The notes under the pieces are model-generated. The model saw only the letters and a program-made list of their open reading frames with translations. It did no database searches and was not told where the DNA came from. From Takakia lepidozioides (lineage: Eukaryota; Plantae; Bryophyta), in the NCBI GenBank assembly GCA_030704615.1, contig CM060733.1, forward strand, positions 56,420,001 through 56,484,000: DNA of 64,000 nt, read 5' to 3'. A program made the position numbers and the translations under genes. This document shows positions 37,516 through 49,909 of the stretch, one piece after another. Numbering within the stretch: the first letter of the stretch is position 1; every line of letters starts with the position of its first letter.

Positions 37516-37933
37516 TTAAAAGCAGGTGTGGCGGATTCTGCCACTTTTTCGACCTGTTTCTCAGGCCGAATCGGCCACCCAGGGCAGAATTGGTAGGGAT
37601 GGCCGATTGCGCACAGAGGACGGCAGACCCGAGGCCCATGTCTATCGGCCATCAACCCACCTGCCTTCCTGAGGCTCGCCCTGTTTATATCCTCTCTGAG
37701 GCTCTGAATCTGGGCAATCGATATGGGATAGTCAAACCTCAATCATATTGCGCCACGTAGCGGCCACGTAGCGGCGAGAATCCGCCACACCTGCTAGTTA
37801 ACGCCACACCTGCTAGTTAACGGGCCGCGTTTGGCCGACTCTGCCCTGTGCGCGGCCATAGGGCTCACCCTGACGGGCTCGCCCAAAGGCCACTTACAGG
37901 GCAGAATCGGCCAAACACGGCCCGTTCTCTAGT
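37516..37933. mobile_element. Two adjacent small TIR elements (MITE-like)
   Basis: Inverted pairs TTAAAAGCAGGTGTGGCGGATTCT / AGAATCCGCCACACCTGCTAGTTAA (about 37516-37800) and AACGGGCCG.GTTTGGCCGA.TCTGCCCTGT with its reverse complement (about 37813-37933). Confidence 0.6.
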
Positions 37934-38559
37934 ACAACGAGGAGTTGATTGTAGAGGCCGAGTTGTTTGAGATAAAATGATTTCTTTGTGTACTCTACAC
38001 ACGTTAATTTATACTAGCTTACATTGTATTATTATTATTTCATAAATTTGTATATGAATGTTGTGTTGTTGCTTTTCAACATGGTCAAAAGATTTGATAT
38101 AACTAATGGGTATTCACAAATCATTTTCTGATTTATAAAAAACGATCAAAATTTTAATATATATTTTTAAATTCAAAAAATAGAGAACCGGAACCGGAAA
38201 CTGGAACCGGCGGTTCTTTCCTAGAAAATACCCGGAACCGGAACCAGAATCTGCTCATGAATTTTGGAACCGGAACCGCTTCATAAAAAAGAACCAGAAC
38301 CGGATCTGGAACCGGAACCGTCTCTTTAAATATACCAAGGAACTGGAACCGGAGGTTCCTTCAATATGGCAAGAACCGCACAACACTTGGTAGGAACACA
38401 TTTACAATCGATTTATGATTATTTGTTGATATTACTATTTCACATTTTCAATATTGAGGCTATTTTTGGGAGCAATGTGAGGTGAGCCTATGCACTATGA
38501 GTATAGTGTAATCTTAGGCTCTCTGCAGACATCTACGACGGTGTGTTGCCAAGTAACAA

Positions 38560-38910
38560 TGCAAACTTGGGCATGACAAAACAGATTGCAGCCTCATTCT
38601 ATATTGCACCCTCACCGGCCTGCCATTTTACAGATTCAAGACGTGCATTCAAGCAAGCATCTTGGGCATGACAAAAAAAGGTTGTTGCATCCTACCTTAC
38701 CAGCCTTTATTTCACCATGACATGCATCAAGCAAAGTATCTTGGGTGTATGAACAGGCCTGCAATTTTTCAGATTCAAAACATGCATCCAAACAAGCACC
38801 TTGGCCATGACAAAATAGATTGCAGCAGCTTACCGTACCAGTCATAATTATACCAAGACATGCACAAAGCAAGGCATCTTGGGTATGTGAGACCAGCCTG
38901 CCATTCTTTC
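38560..38910. repeat. Degenerate tandem repeat
   Basis: Recurrent CTTGGGCATGACAAAA / CTTGGGT.TG / CCTGCCATTT...CAGATTCAA units. Confidence 0.6.
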
Positions 38911-38914
38911 ACTT

Positions 38915-39092
38915 GAGCAGGTAGCCCAGTGGTTGGGTATTTGTGCCTTGCCTGTGCATAACCTAGGTGATCCTGGGTTCAATCCTTCAACATGTGCCAC
39001 AGACCGTCCATTGGGCCCTCGATGGCCTGTGCGTTGAGCAGTAGGCTCTGTAAATTCACTCGACGTTAAAGAATCTTTATCTTTAACTTTTC
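38915..39092 (+). mobile_element. tRNA-derived SINE-like element
   Basis: Box A GTAGCCCAGTGG (38921), box B GGTTCAATCC (38976) and a simple-repeat tail ATCTTTATCTTTAACTTT. Confidence 0.55.
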
Positions 39093-39233
39093 ATGAAGAC
39101 GAAAGAGTTGAAGGTGGCCGTGGAGACTACGGAAAGATAAAAACATGCTGGTGTAAATCTCGTGTAGCTCTAAATGTGTAAGTCTCTATAGGCGCTGAGC
39201 GTCTTCATCCCAGGCCACAACCAAGTACTAAAG

Positions 39234-40612
39234 CTACACCTTGTAACCCCTGATTGATCCACGCCGACCCACAATCTCCCCCACAACAAACAAGGCATAT
39301 AATTCCGCCAGAAACAAAGCTGTGATTGCCACCTCTTCTAGCTTCAAGTCTCTCCTGTTTCTGAGCCTCTGCTTCACATAATCCAACTCCCTCCAGAATG
39401 ACTGCGTCCTCCCTGGCAGACTGCACCCACGCGCCGCCGGCCCCACTCTCCCCAATGAGACTCCTTCTGGAATCCTTTCCACTTTCATACTAAATCCAAA
39501 AGACTGACTGCAACCACTCTTCTTCGAGTGACTACAACACAACCAGGCATCAATTGGCAATGGAACCAAGGTCCGTCAACCGGTACTAATTAAGTACACA
39601 GTCGGCCTGATCCAGCAGCACAAATATTGAGAACTGTTGGTTTCACACAAGTCGTGAAGAAAACACAGATTGGACAAAACTATCAGGCTGTAGAAGATAA
39701 TGCAGGCACGATGATTCACGACTAGCTTGAGCGTACTGAAAAATCAGCATGACATGAATCTGCTGATAGCATCTTCGCAGCGATGACATCTAGTTCCATA
39801 CTTTATGGAAAATTGACTTGGCAGAAATTTGGAGTTTCTAGTGCTTCCAGTACACCATGAGCTGATAAAATTTACTACAGATTTGGTAGACAATCAGGTG
39901 CGTGGGATTAGAGATTCTTTACCGTGCAACCAGCTCCACTCACACATCGCATTAATCACGGGCCGAATAAATCTCAAAAAGGTGACTTGGCGCATACATA
40001 TCGCTACATACCCTCAAAATTCAATCCTGACTTGCTCATTCATATCAAACATTCATCTAGATCAACGCTTGCAAACCCTATAGCAAGAAGGCTTGTAGAT
40101 CTAGTTAAAAATCAGAGAAAAAGCCTTTGAAAGCGCACATGACAGGTGCTGGTACACAACGGTAAAGCATCTGGAAAAATCCAATGAGGCCTTATGAGGA
40201 CCGTGAAGAGGAACTCTCTATCTGGAGTTGATGCAGAGCACAGAAAAATAGCAAATTCATGGCGCGTACTCGCCATCTAGAGACCAGTTAATACGTTAGA
40301 AAGCGACACGTCGAGAAGGTGGAAGCATGAGGTAGACAAGCAAGATCAGGGGAGGACAGAGGGGATAAACCCTCTACCCCAGAGTTGTGTTTGTTCCGAG
40401 ATATTGTAAACATGTCAGGAGAGAGAAAACCTAGCAAGGCGAGTGTAGAAGAGTTGCTTGGATAGTTCTTGGCATTTTTCCACGGTGGGCTCTCTGACAA
40501 TGTATTGTTTGTTCTGCTCCAGCAACTGCTTGTAGTAGGCGGACGAACGCGCTCTGGCCATCTCTGTTGCGGTCGCTGCCTTTCCTTTTAACTGCTTCAT
40601 CATGGACGCCAT
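39234..40612 (-). CDS. Mitochondrial ATP synthase subunit g (2 exons: 40612-40431, 39420-39234)
   Basis: MASMMKQLKGKA...YYKQLLEQNKQYIVREPTVEKCQELSKQLFYTRLA|SLPGRTQSFWRELD...AELYALFVVGEIVGRRGSIRGYKV*, with a GT-AG intron. Confidence 0.93.
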
Positions 40613-41130
40613 GGCTAGAGTAGAATCGGACCCACAAAAATCAGGAGGCTGAGAAGGGAGCACAGACAAATAGGGTGTCGTGGTGGCAGCCACCGCCACC
40701 TTGCCTGCATGCAACGCTGAGCAAATACTAACTTCTAGTTACTCTAACTATAGGGTTTCCAGCTCTAATTACTCTAATCTCCAACTCTAATTACTCTGAT
40801 TACTCTAATTAATGGAGTTTCCAAATGAGACACAGAGCCTGCATTCCGCCTATCCCTAAATTTTCAGAATTGTTGGGCAAGTTCTTGGGGTACTTCTTTG
40901 TAGTGATCTAAGCACAGGGTGGGGGTGTCTTCAGAGATTTTGGGCATGTCGTGACCTAGTCACGCTTTTCATATAACAACAATGTTTCCCCAAAACCCTG
41001 GAGTACATTGGCAAGGATTGCAAATGCGGGGGAGGGAAGAGGGAGTTTAGGGAGGGATGCAGATTGGGTTCTGTGGGAGAAAGAGGAGAAAGAGAGAAGC
41101 TTGCAAGAGAGAAGGAAGGTGGAATTGCAG

Positions 41131-41690
41131 ATGAAGGAGAGGGAAGAGGGGACGCAGCAAGCGGCCCCTTTGCCCCCATATCCACCTCCGAAGAAGGAAG
41201 ACCCACCTTTGCCCAGTGCTGGGGATACCGCTGGGTCGAGGCTTACAATGGCTGCGTCTGCAGTGGCGCCTATTGCCCCTACTCTTGGCGTGGACTACCC
41301 CTTCCCTCCGCAGCTCGAGTATGGCCTTCGTCCCTCATGAACTTCTAGGGTTAGAGCCTCCTTTTTGGAATTCTGCCTGGTGTACTCCGTCTGTCTGTCT
41401 GGCTGTGTACTCATAAGACGTTGTTTGCCGTAGCCCTGTGGCCATTGACCCCGCGCCCAGTTTGAGCGGAACACAAAGTTACAGAAGCTATCTTGTCAGG
41501 GACTGACGCCTGTAGTATGACTTACTTTGGAACAGACAATTGATCTGAGTTTTCCAGATATCCTCTAGATCCTTTCACACATACATCAATCTGCTGTGTG
41601 TGATTTGCCCAATAACTAGACCCCAAAAGGGCCTGGGCTTTTGGCTCAGCCGATGGATTTTAGAGACTTAGCCTGGTTGGAGTTATCAAC

Positions 41691-41726
<36 letters not shown>

Positions 41727-44700
41727 CTCATAAGACGTTGTTTGCCGTAGCCTTGTGGCCATTGACCCCGCGCCCAGTTTGAGCGGGAACAAAAGGGACA
41801 GAACCTACCTCTGTCAGGGGCTGACGTTGGTAGTAAGACTTACCTCCATATAAAGAATTAATCCGGGTTTTCCAGATATCCTCTAGAAATCCCTTCACAC
41901 AAGCATCAATCTGCTGTGTGTGATTTGCCCAAAAACTAGGCCTCAGGAGGGCCTGGGCTTTTGGCTCAGCCTCGAGACTTTCAAAGTTGGTAAACAGGGG
42001 TACAGGCACAATTCCCTTAATAGATTTGAAGAGAGCGTCTCTTTGGTGAGAGAACCCCGGACAGTGTATCAGAAAATGAATACAAAGTGAGAGCTAGGAA
42101 GATAGAGCCCTCGGCGAGGAGCGAACTCGCGACCTTTCGCTTACGAAGCGAAAGAGAGAGAGAGAGAGAGAGAGAGAGCTGGATTGACAAAGGGTTTTTT
42201 TTTTCAGTGCAAGCAATAAGGGGTCATGGCTGTCATCGGCCCACTGCTGTCGTACCCTGCCATGTCTCGCATACACAATCTTCTTTTTCTATTAGGAACT
42301 TGTTGATTGAGATCAATCTGAAACTTATGAAATCGGACAGTATTGCACTGCATTGCAGGTATGCATATCCTCCACCAGATGGAAACATTCTCACAAATGT
42401 GGTCAATACTCTCATTGCTGTTCCTCGGTTCTACACCCAGGTGCGTTTTGGTTTGTCTCAGAATTGGCTGAGTCGTGGAGATCTATGCCAAGCTTATTTT
42501 CACTGACTTCACTTATCGTCATGTCTCGCCCTCAACCTAGTGTCCTTGTTCTTGTACACTTCATTCTGGTTTTTCTTGATGTACGTTGGGTTAAAATTAG
42601 GCCAGGTTTCTATCCCACCAGCAGCCCAGGTTTGCCCTTTTTGCTCTAGTATTGCTGGGTAGGGTCCAAAGGCTTTCTATTGATGCTCCTCTCTGATATG
42701 TTGATCAGCAGAATTTTTGAGTCCTCTGGTTGTTGCTTCCAGATGTGAAATGATGGCTTTGAAGTGGTTAACCTGATGAGTGCGCAGATGATGGGGTTTA
42801 GCGCCATGTGATCAGGTGCTACATCTCATGAACAAAATGAATTTGCCAGCACCATTTCGTCCGGCACTCCCCACACCTCCTCTGCCACCTGCGGCCCCCT
42901 TTCCTGCGCCTCCAAGGGACCTGTCCAGTGGTGAATCTGAGCTTGAGTCATCTGATGAGGTAGGCAGGCCAGCAATTTCTACTGCTTTTGTTCATGTCTG
43001 TTGTTTAGGTTTTGGAGACAACTGCAGCGTAGACACAGTGAGTTTCTCTTAGAGATTCAAGGTTTTTGCAGCTCATTACAAAAGTTGTCTGTCAGTGCAT
43101 GGAAGCAGGAACTTGCTTGTATGCTGCTTTTACAGACTGCTTGCTTTTCAGGAAGATGGCAATCCAGAGGCCATGAATGAGGACAGTTTGGGCCCTGATG
43201 GGGAGCTGGAGAGACATCGGCCAGCAAGGAAGAGAGCTAAGCGGGAAGCTATAGTGGGGCCTGCTGTGGATAAAGATGCTTCTCATGAGGCTGCAGGTGT
43301 CAAGCCCATCCGCATTCTCCCTAAGGATGCCCCCTTGATCAGAAAGAACAAACCTGTCTTGCAGGTTTGTTGCATACCTTGCTTCATACCTCTGTTCCAC
43401 TCCTAGCTCTCAGATGTCTTGACATTTGTCTCACCTGATGACCTGATGATATAGAGGATATCTGGACAAACTAGGATCAATTGTCTGTTTCTAGGTAACT
43501 CGTACTATTGGCATCAGCCCCTGACAAAGGTAGTTTCTGTCCCTTTCTGTTCCACTCAAACTGGGCAGTGGTCAATGCGTCTTATGAGTACATTCATCAG
43601 CCCCTGACAAAGGTAGTTTCTGTCCCTTTCTGTTCCACTCAAACTGGGCAGTGGGTCAATGCGTCTTATGAGTACATTCTCACCTGATGACCTCCTGGAT
43701 TTCTTTGAGTCACCTGAGAGTTGTACTAAGCAAGCAAAGCTTCACCAAGTACTTTGACTGTTGTTGCTGTAGCCCGTTGTGTTTGTTGCGAACAAATTGA
43801 GGCTTCACAAGGTACTGAAGGGTTTTTCAAGTCATCCACCTCTACCTATTTATGTTCTCAGATTTTGAAAAGGTCAAATGAGAGAACAAGTGTTGTTTGT
43901 TTTTAACTAGGTTGTGATGTGGAAAATGTAAATGCAACGCTGGAGCAGATCAAGATAAATCCTAAAGCATCAATGAGTGAAGGAGCATCAGAGAGGAGCA
44001 GACAGGAACCAGAGATGGAGATGGATACTTCCAGAGAAGGGAGCAGCCATTCTGGCAAAATAGCCACACGTGCAGAGCTGCAGACTGGAAAAGTGCCACC
44101 CACCGACATTCTCTCCCTTCCCATGTTCAAGGTAGTGTAGAGATTCGTACTCCACGACCATGCTCTTGAAGGTCAACTTTCAGCTTTGTGTCAAATTGGA
44201 GTGAACATCTCCTAGTTTATCTGTGAGTGTAAAAAGAAATGGCAGGAAAAATCAAAGATATATCTCCTTAAGTGTATAGGTGGGACTTCAAAGAATGGTG
44301 GTTAATGTTAGAGGTCCATTGTATGCTTGTCATCATCTGTTTTGCACTCCAAACTTGATTTGTGTTCTACTGCATGCACTCTTCATAGAGAGTCATGCAA
44401 TAGTGAGCGAAGAAAACAGCGATGATCATTTGGCCAACTGGCTGGTAGGTGGTGAACTGTTACTGTGGGTTTGATGTGTAGAATTATGCACCAGGAAATC
44501 CAACCCAAGTGCTCTATATCAAGAATCTGGGAAAAGAAGTGGCACCAGAGGATCTCTTTTATGTATTTGGTGAGTAGCCTTTGCCATGATGCATGTTTTG
44601 TACAGTTAGATTCTTCTCACCCGTATCTTTGATATCATCGACAGATTTGCTTCTTTGCCAGGGAAAGAATGCTTTGTGACCATTGTTCTGAATCCGAATT

Positions 44701-45456
44701 ATGTGTGATGTGTTTTTATGCCTATCCCAAACATATGCATTCATATCACTTGCTCAGATAACACAATTTAGTAAGAAGCACATGGGGGCCATGAAAGGAC
44801 AGTTCTTGCTACCTGCAGGTGCGTTCTTCACGAGTCATGAGGAGGCTAAGGATGCCCTAGCTGTCAAGCTCATGCAGGTGATGCCCTTTCCATGTGCCAC
44901 TTCTTCCTTTCCAGTAACCCATCTTTCATGCACCTCTTCCCATGGGCATACAGTGCCCAAGGAATTTTTTTGGTCTCTTGTTTCAATAACAATGGGACCA
45001 TGTAATGTCCCACCACTCGATAATACCATCCGTTGAAGTGGCTGCAGTTGCAACACTGATGGTATGGATTGTGAAACAGTCTAAACATGCACTGGTGCTG
45101 AAGACAAGTTGAGTATGTTCTGAAAGATATTGTCCACAAGAAAATACTGAAAAATGAGATTGTGGGGGTGACCTTCTGGCACAGGAAGGTCGGATGCGGG
45201 GCCAAGCCTTTGTCACCTTCCCATCTACACAGCTCGCAGAGGATGCCTTGGTAAGATCACCTTGCTCCTTTTTTAAGACCCTTGCTGCTTGGTAGGAAAG
45301 TACTATTTGACCATCACTATGCATGCACAACCAGTGACTCATGTGATAAATCATGTGATATGGCAGGCTACAACGCATGGCTTTGTTCTCAAAGGGAAGC
45401 CCATGATTGTGCAGTTTGGCCGTAATCCCTCTGCGACCAAGGCCTCCCACACCTGA
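41131..45456 (+). CDS. U11/U12 snRNP 65 kDa protein-like (RNPC3 family); start uncertain
   Basis: Approximate exons: 41131-41318, 42359-42440, 42816-42959, 43152-43364, 43949-44131, 44482-44569, 44819-44877, 45185-45250, 45367-45456. Motifs PIAPTLGVDYPFPPQL|YAYPPPDGNILTN...FYTQ|VLHLMNKMNLPAPF, LYIKNL, GRMRGQAFVTFP and GKPMIVQFGR. Confidence 0.88.
41405..42081 (-). mobile_element. Two LINE 3'-end copies separated by (GA)n in intron 1 of the 65K-like gene
   Basis: 41721-42081 is nearly identical to 726-1085. 41405-41692 is a more diverged copy. Confidence 0.9.
42106..42152 (-). pseudogene. tRNA-Thr(CGU) 3'-half fragment
   Basis: Minus strand TTCGC-TTCGTAA-GCGAA (anticodon arm, CGT), AGGTC, GCGAG-TTCGCTC-CTCGC (T arm), CGAGGGCT. 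The 5' half is missing. Confidence 0.8.
43490..43680 (+). mobile_element. Tandemly duplicated LINE 3'-end fragment
   Basis: Two ~83-bp copies of CATCAGCCCCTGACAAAGG...GTCTTATGAGTACATTC. Confidence 0.8.
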
Positions 45457-46389
45457 TTCCATGTGTCGTTCAGATGAGCAACACAAGGTGCAGGTCCCAA
45501 TGCAGGTGTGCCCATGATGCATGTATCCACAACAGCTTCAGGGAATTTTTGGGCCTGATTTGACGGTTAGGGTCTTTAATTGAATCTTCGATAAGAAATT
45601 CCAATTGTGGAATAGCAATTTATCAAGCAATTTTTGCAAGTATTGTATGCTGGAAAATATTGGTGATGCTGCTTGGTGCGTGCACGGTGTAGCCACCTGG
45701 ACAGTCCTTTTTGTCTCAAAACTTGCATCCGGTAATTTCCTGCACAAGGTCTAGTCAAAGCCTTGGTCAATGCTAGTTAAAGAAGCGAAGGATTAGTTTG
45801 TTGTTGGTTGGGGTCTTCCTAAAAGGATTACTTCGGTATTTTACTGTTAGGCTTGCTATAGGTTAGTGAGTGGAGAGGTTGAGAAAGAGGGAGATGTAGA
45901 AAGCTATGTTCTTGTTGGATTGGCACTAGCTTGAGATAGGGCATTGAAAATTGGAAAGTGCCCTGGGCTGATTTGGGGAAACTTGGCTGTGTATGGTCAT
46001 GTTATCCGCCCAGTTTTCCCATACAGAGCGACCCTTGGATTTTTTTCATGCTTGGGTCTGGAATTTTGTGACAGTACCTTCACTATGTGCTCAGATTGTG
46101 AATGTGGACGGCGTTCGCACATGGAAATCCAGAAGATAGAGGAATATGATTGGTCAACCAAAATTTAGGAGGTTAGTTGGGTGAAATTTCCCAACTTCTT
46201 CCATTGTATCTCCCCAATGCATCGGTGAAATGTAGTAGGTAAGCTCATGTTTTTGTACGGCTAATTTCATTTCAGTGGATGGTTGGCTGTATGAAGATAC
46301 AGCCTCTTCCAGGGTTGTGCTTGGGTAAGGTAAATCAATATGGAGAACACAAGGAATAGTATAAGAACTCTGCCAGGAGCCCCTCTCCA

Positions 46390-46770
46390 TTTGGGGTGAC
46401 ACTGGTTACATGGGAGGAAGTGTAAACTCCACTTGGGGTTACACCAGGTTACATGGGAGGGACTGTAACTCCACTCAGAGTTACACCCGGTTACACGGAA
46501 AGGATACACTTGGTCTTGGAACTGGACGAAGTCCAAATTTGGCTCTATAAAATGTGCTGAGTGGAGTTACACAAGCTACAGGGGTGACACTACCCAGGTT
46601 TATACAGACTTGGGGTTGCACTAGCCACTGATCAAGAAACTGAAGGGAGTGTAACTCCAGTCGGGGTGATACTTGATTACACTGGAGGGAGTGTAACTAG
46701 GGGCTACACCACCTGGGTTACATGGAAAGGAGTGTAACTCACAATTGGTCTTTGAATTTGACCACTGATC
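46390..46770. repeat. Degenerate short tandem repeat array
   Basis: Repeated GGTTACA(T/C)GG.AGG.AGTGTAACTCCA units. Confidence 0.75.
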
Positions 46771-47885
46771 AAGAGTCGAACTCAGCACCTCGCCGGGAGG
46801 ATTTGACAGTGGGGGATCCCCCCCAAGGAGCAGCCTGAATTACATTATTCGTATTGTACATTGGTACATATTACAGACCGCTGGACATTTGAGGGGGGCC
46901 CTTGGCAATGCAGGGGTGGCCGGGAAAACTATTTGCCATTTGTTTCATATATCATGTTTTCATGTGACAGAGTGGATGAATGTCGAGCTTCGACCTCTCC
47001 GAGAGAATGGATGGATGATATGAAAAATGGATTAATAACCATCCAGCCTTGCTGATTTCCAGCTCGCAAAAGCAGATCAGACTGGATGAATGTTCTGACA
47101 ATGACCCAAAATATGGTAAGGTACAATTCTTTAGGCCTGTGTGGATTTGAACCCAGATCATCTCTTATGTTTGAATTGTATTTCAAACGATGGGTCGTGG
47201 CTGTAGTGACAGTCCCTCGCCGCGTCTCCCTCCATCTGCTCCACCTTCTCTCTCGATATCTCGTCCTCCATCGCCACCACTGCGCAGACAGTGTGAAGAC
47301 TGTTCTCATCTCTGAAGTATGCCACCTTCTACAGTAAGTATGTTGGATTTTGTGGGTCTCTCCGGCTGTGACAGACTGACTCCGTCAGTTTCCTGCAGCA
47401 TCGTTCAGCAAGAGTATTGCACGGTTAGAGTATTTCTTGGAAGAAAATGTTGACTTCAGGTAGTGGAGTTGTAGTGGTTTGTGCCTAGGTCATTAAGTAA
47501 CTACACTAGTCATCTAGAGATCTCCTAGAGATGTTGTGCATATGATGGTTTACAATCACTCCCAAGAGAATGCAGCAGTGGCAGCTCAGTTCTTTGACCT
47601 ATTAAGCTCGGCCAGTTCTAGGAAAAATGTGCTTTACATCAATTATTATGGTCTGTAAAAATTACATCAACTGTGACACAGTACTCGCACATGTACTGGA
47701 TCAAGTCTCAGTACAGTGCGCTACTGCATGTGTGGTGTCCCCGAGCGATCGAACGTTAGAGCTACCATGAAGGAATGGTGGTTCAGACTTTAGACTATAT
47801 CATTATATCAGAATGGAGTGATCTCGAATTTCGGCACCAGTAGGTTCAGCTCCACATGACCTTTTGGGTCTAGGGAAGCGGTGAA

Positions 47886-49664
47886 ATGGCTTGTACTTGT
47901 AGTGGGCGCGTCCCTGAAATCTTGAGGAGTCCACGGGGCGATGAGGATATGCTCGACCCCAAATTATGGGGCCAGCTTTGAGCAAAACTGAAGTCGCAGA
48001 TTCTATTGAGACTGCCGTCTGAAACGCTGCGAGTAGAAGACTGGCGTTGGTGTGGCAATGAGCTCAGAAAGCTTCTAGCTACGCCACAGTGGAAGGACAG
48101 ATCAGTCGAGAATCGCAGCTTCTTTCCTCTTGTCATTCACCACCGATGGGAGGGATGGTTCTGTTCGTATTCCAAAGCTGGGTATTATAACTTGGTGCTA
48201 ACCCTTTGATATTCCTCGCTATAGTCTAACGTACAGTTGATGATTGTGAATGTTAATGATAGCGAATTTTCATATATAACCTTAAACTGTTTTTTTGGCT
48301 TGATGCTAGACCAGAACACCCTGAAGACCTATTCTGTTTCCAATATAAGATTGGGTTCCTCACTAATCAAGTAGTTGCACCATCGCAGCAAATCGAAGAT
48401 CATTGTATTTGCTTTGAGCATGTGGATCAGCGGCAGATAGATTGGTGATCTAGTGACCAGTCACTTAGTCAAACAAACGATAATGGATTGTGATGGCAAT
48501 ATAGGCACCCGACATTGCAGAAAAGGCTCCGGATGATCATGCCAGCCTTGGCATTCCTGGCAAGGGATGTGCACGACGTAATTGCAGGTGCGGGAGGGCT
48601 TTTGTGCGTGGAAGGGGGCCGCCAGCCAAGGTCACATGCAGACGAGAATGACCCACCCTATATGTGTGATTGGGATTTTTGTTTTCCTCCACAATCTATC
48701 ATGGTTGTTTGCAACCCTGAAACAGAGAACTATACATTCCTCCCGCCTTTATCAAAGCATTTGGAAAGCAAGGTACACTAGCTACATCCGTTTACTTGGG
48801 TTGATATGTGATTGTCTTCAAGACAGATATATATATTTTCGGGATAGTGGGCATTTCAATTCTTTCCTCTTTGGTTTCATTGCTATGCATCTTGCAATGT
48901 AAGTTTGCAACTCCATACATGATCAGTTTTGGCAGGTGGCTCGCATGGATTTGAACCCCTCGTGCGACAAAGGGTACACCATCACTGTTGTGGGGTACAA
49001 CAACTCTCAGGTTTTGGAACGAGATAGGCCTGATGTGGAGGAGATTGTGGTTGCCATCTATGACTCACAGGTAGCGAGAGGGGAGTGGGTGTACTGGCAT
49101 GGTACTGGTGGGTTGCGAACCAATAGTTATGGACACAGCTCGTTGGCACTTATCGATGGAGTCATCTACTTGGGAGGGGAGGAAAAGTGGAGTGGGCATT
49201 GGAATTCAAGGGTGTTGGCCTTTGATCTTGGAAAAGGAACGTGGGATGTGCAATCGTTTCTTGCAGACTTGGAGGCTCCCAAGGTGGTTGAGTGTAATGG
49301 ATGTGCGTATGCTATTGCACGCAACTACAACGTGCGGCCCAGTACTCGGGCCAGTGTCCTCAAGAAGATCAGGATGGTAGTGTGTCAGATCATCACCACA
49401 AGACACGGTTACGGTTTTGAGGAGTTCACGACGATGCCAGACCCAGTTTTCTCCATCGTCTTTGAGGGAAACTCGATGGGGGAGTATGAATACAGAGCGG
49501 GTATGGGAACGATATGCTTTTTCCCTTCAACCATGAATGATGTGATGTGCTTTCTTGACATTCCAGGGAAAAACTGGAGGTTGACACAATACCCATACTC
49601 GGAAGAGGGGGTGAACTCCTTAGCTGACTGTGTTTGGACGCCTTCACTTGTTGCAAGGCCGTAG
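47886..49664 (+). pseudogene. F-box protein with beta-propeller/FBA-like C-terminus; premature TGA in the F-box
   Basis: ATG at 47886: ...MLDPKLWGQL*AKLKSQILLRLP (TGA 47979-47981). Exon about 48521-48772 has AGAGGLLCV...MVVCNPETENYTFLPPL; exon 48936-49664 has VAIYDS, GVIY and VLAFDL. Confidence 0.75.
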
Positions 49665-49909
49665 AATTATTTGCATGAGTTGGACTTCGCAGATGTAGAG
49701 ACAGAACTTACCATCAGTTTGCCTTTAGGAAATAAGTTCTCTGGACGACAATCAATTGATTATTGAAGCCCCAATCCTTCTGCAAGCACCGCTCGAAGCA
49801 AAGTTCCCTGTAGACCTCAGGAGATCCTAGGAGCTATACAGCCAAGCAGCAACCACCGAGGCCAATTTGTTGGTGCATATAACAAGAACCCCCTGTCTGG
49901 TTGATCATA

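Larger units (their letters stand above)
28207..38389. mobile_element. Non-autonomous hAT element (MITE-1) hosting nested insertions
   Basis: TIRs CAGTGTTGTGCGG / CCGCACAACACT(T)G. 8-bp TSD GTAGGAAC (28199-28206 / 38390-38397). Subterminal GGAACC/GGTTCC arrays at both ends. Confidence 0.9.

Noticed and set aside
42106-42152. Functional tRNA-Thr gene
   Set aside because: The 5' acceptor strand, D arm and box A are absent, replaced by a microsatellite.
41318-46000. U12-type introns or a USSE autoregulatory element in the 65K-like gene
   Set aside because: No RTATCCTT donor or duplicated U11 site was seen; the introns appear to be ordinary GT-AG.
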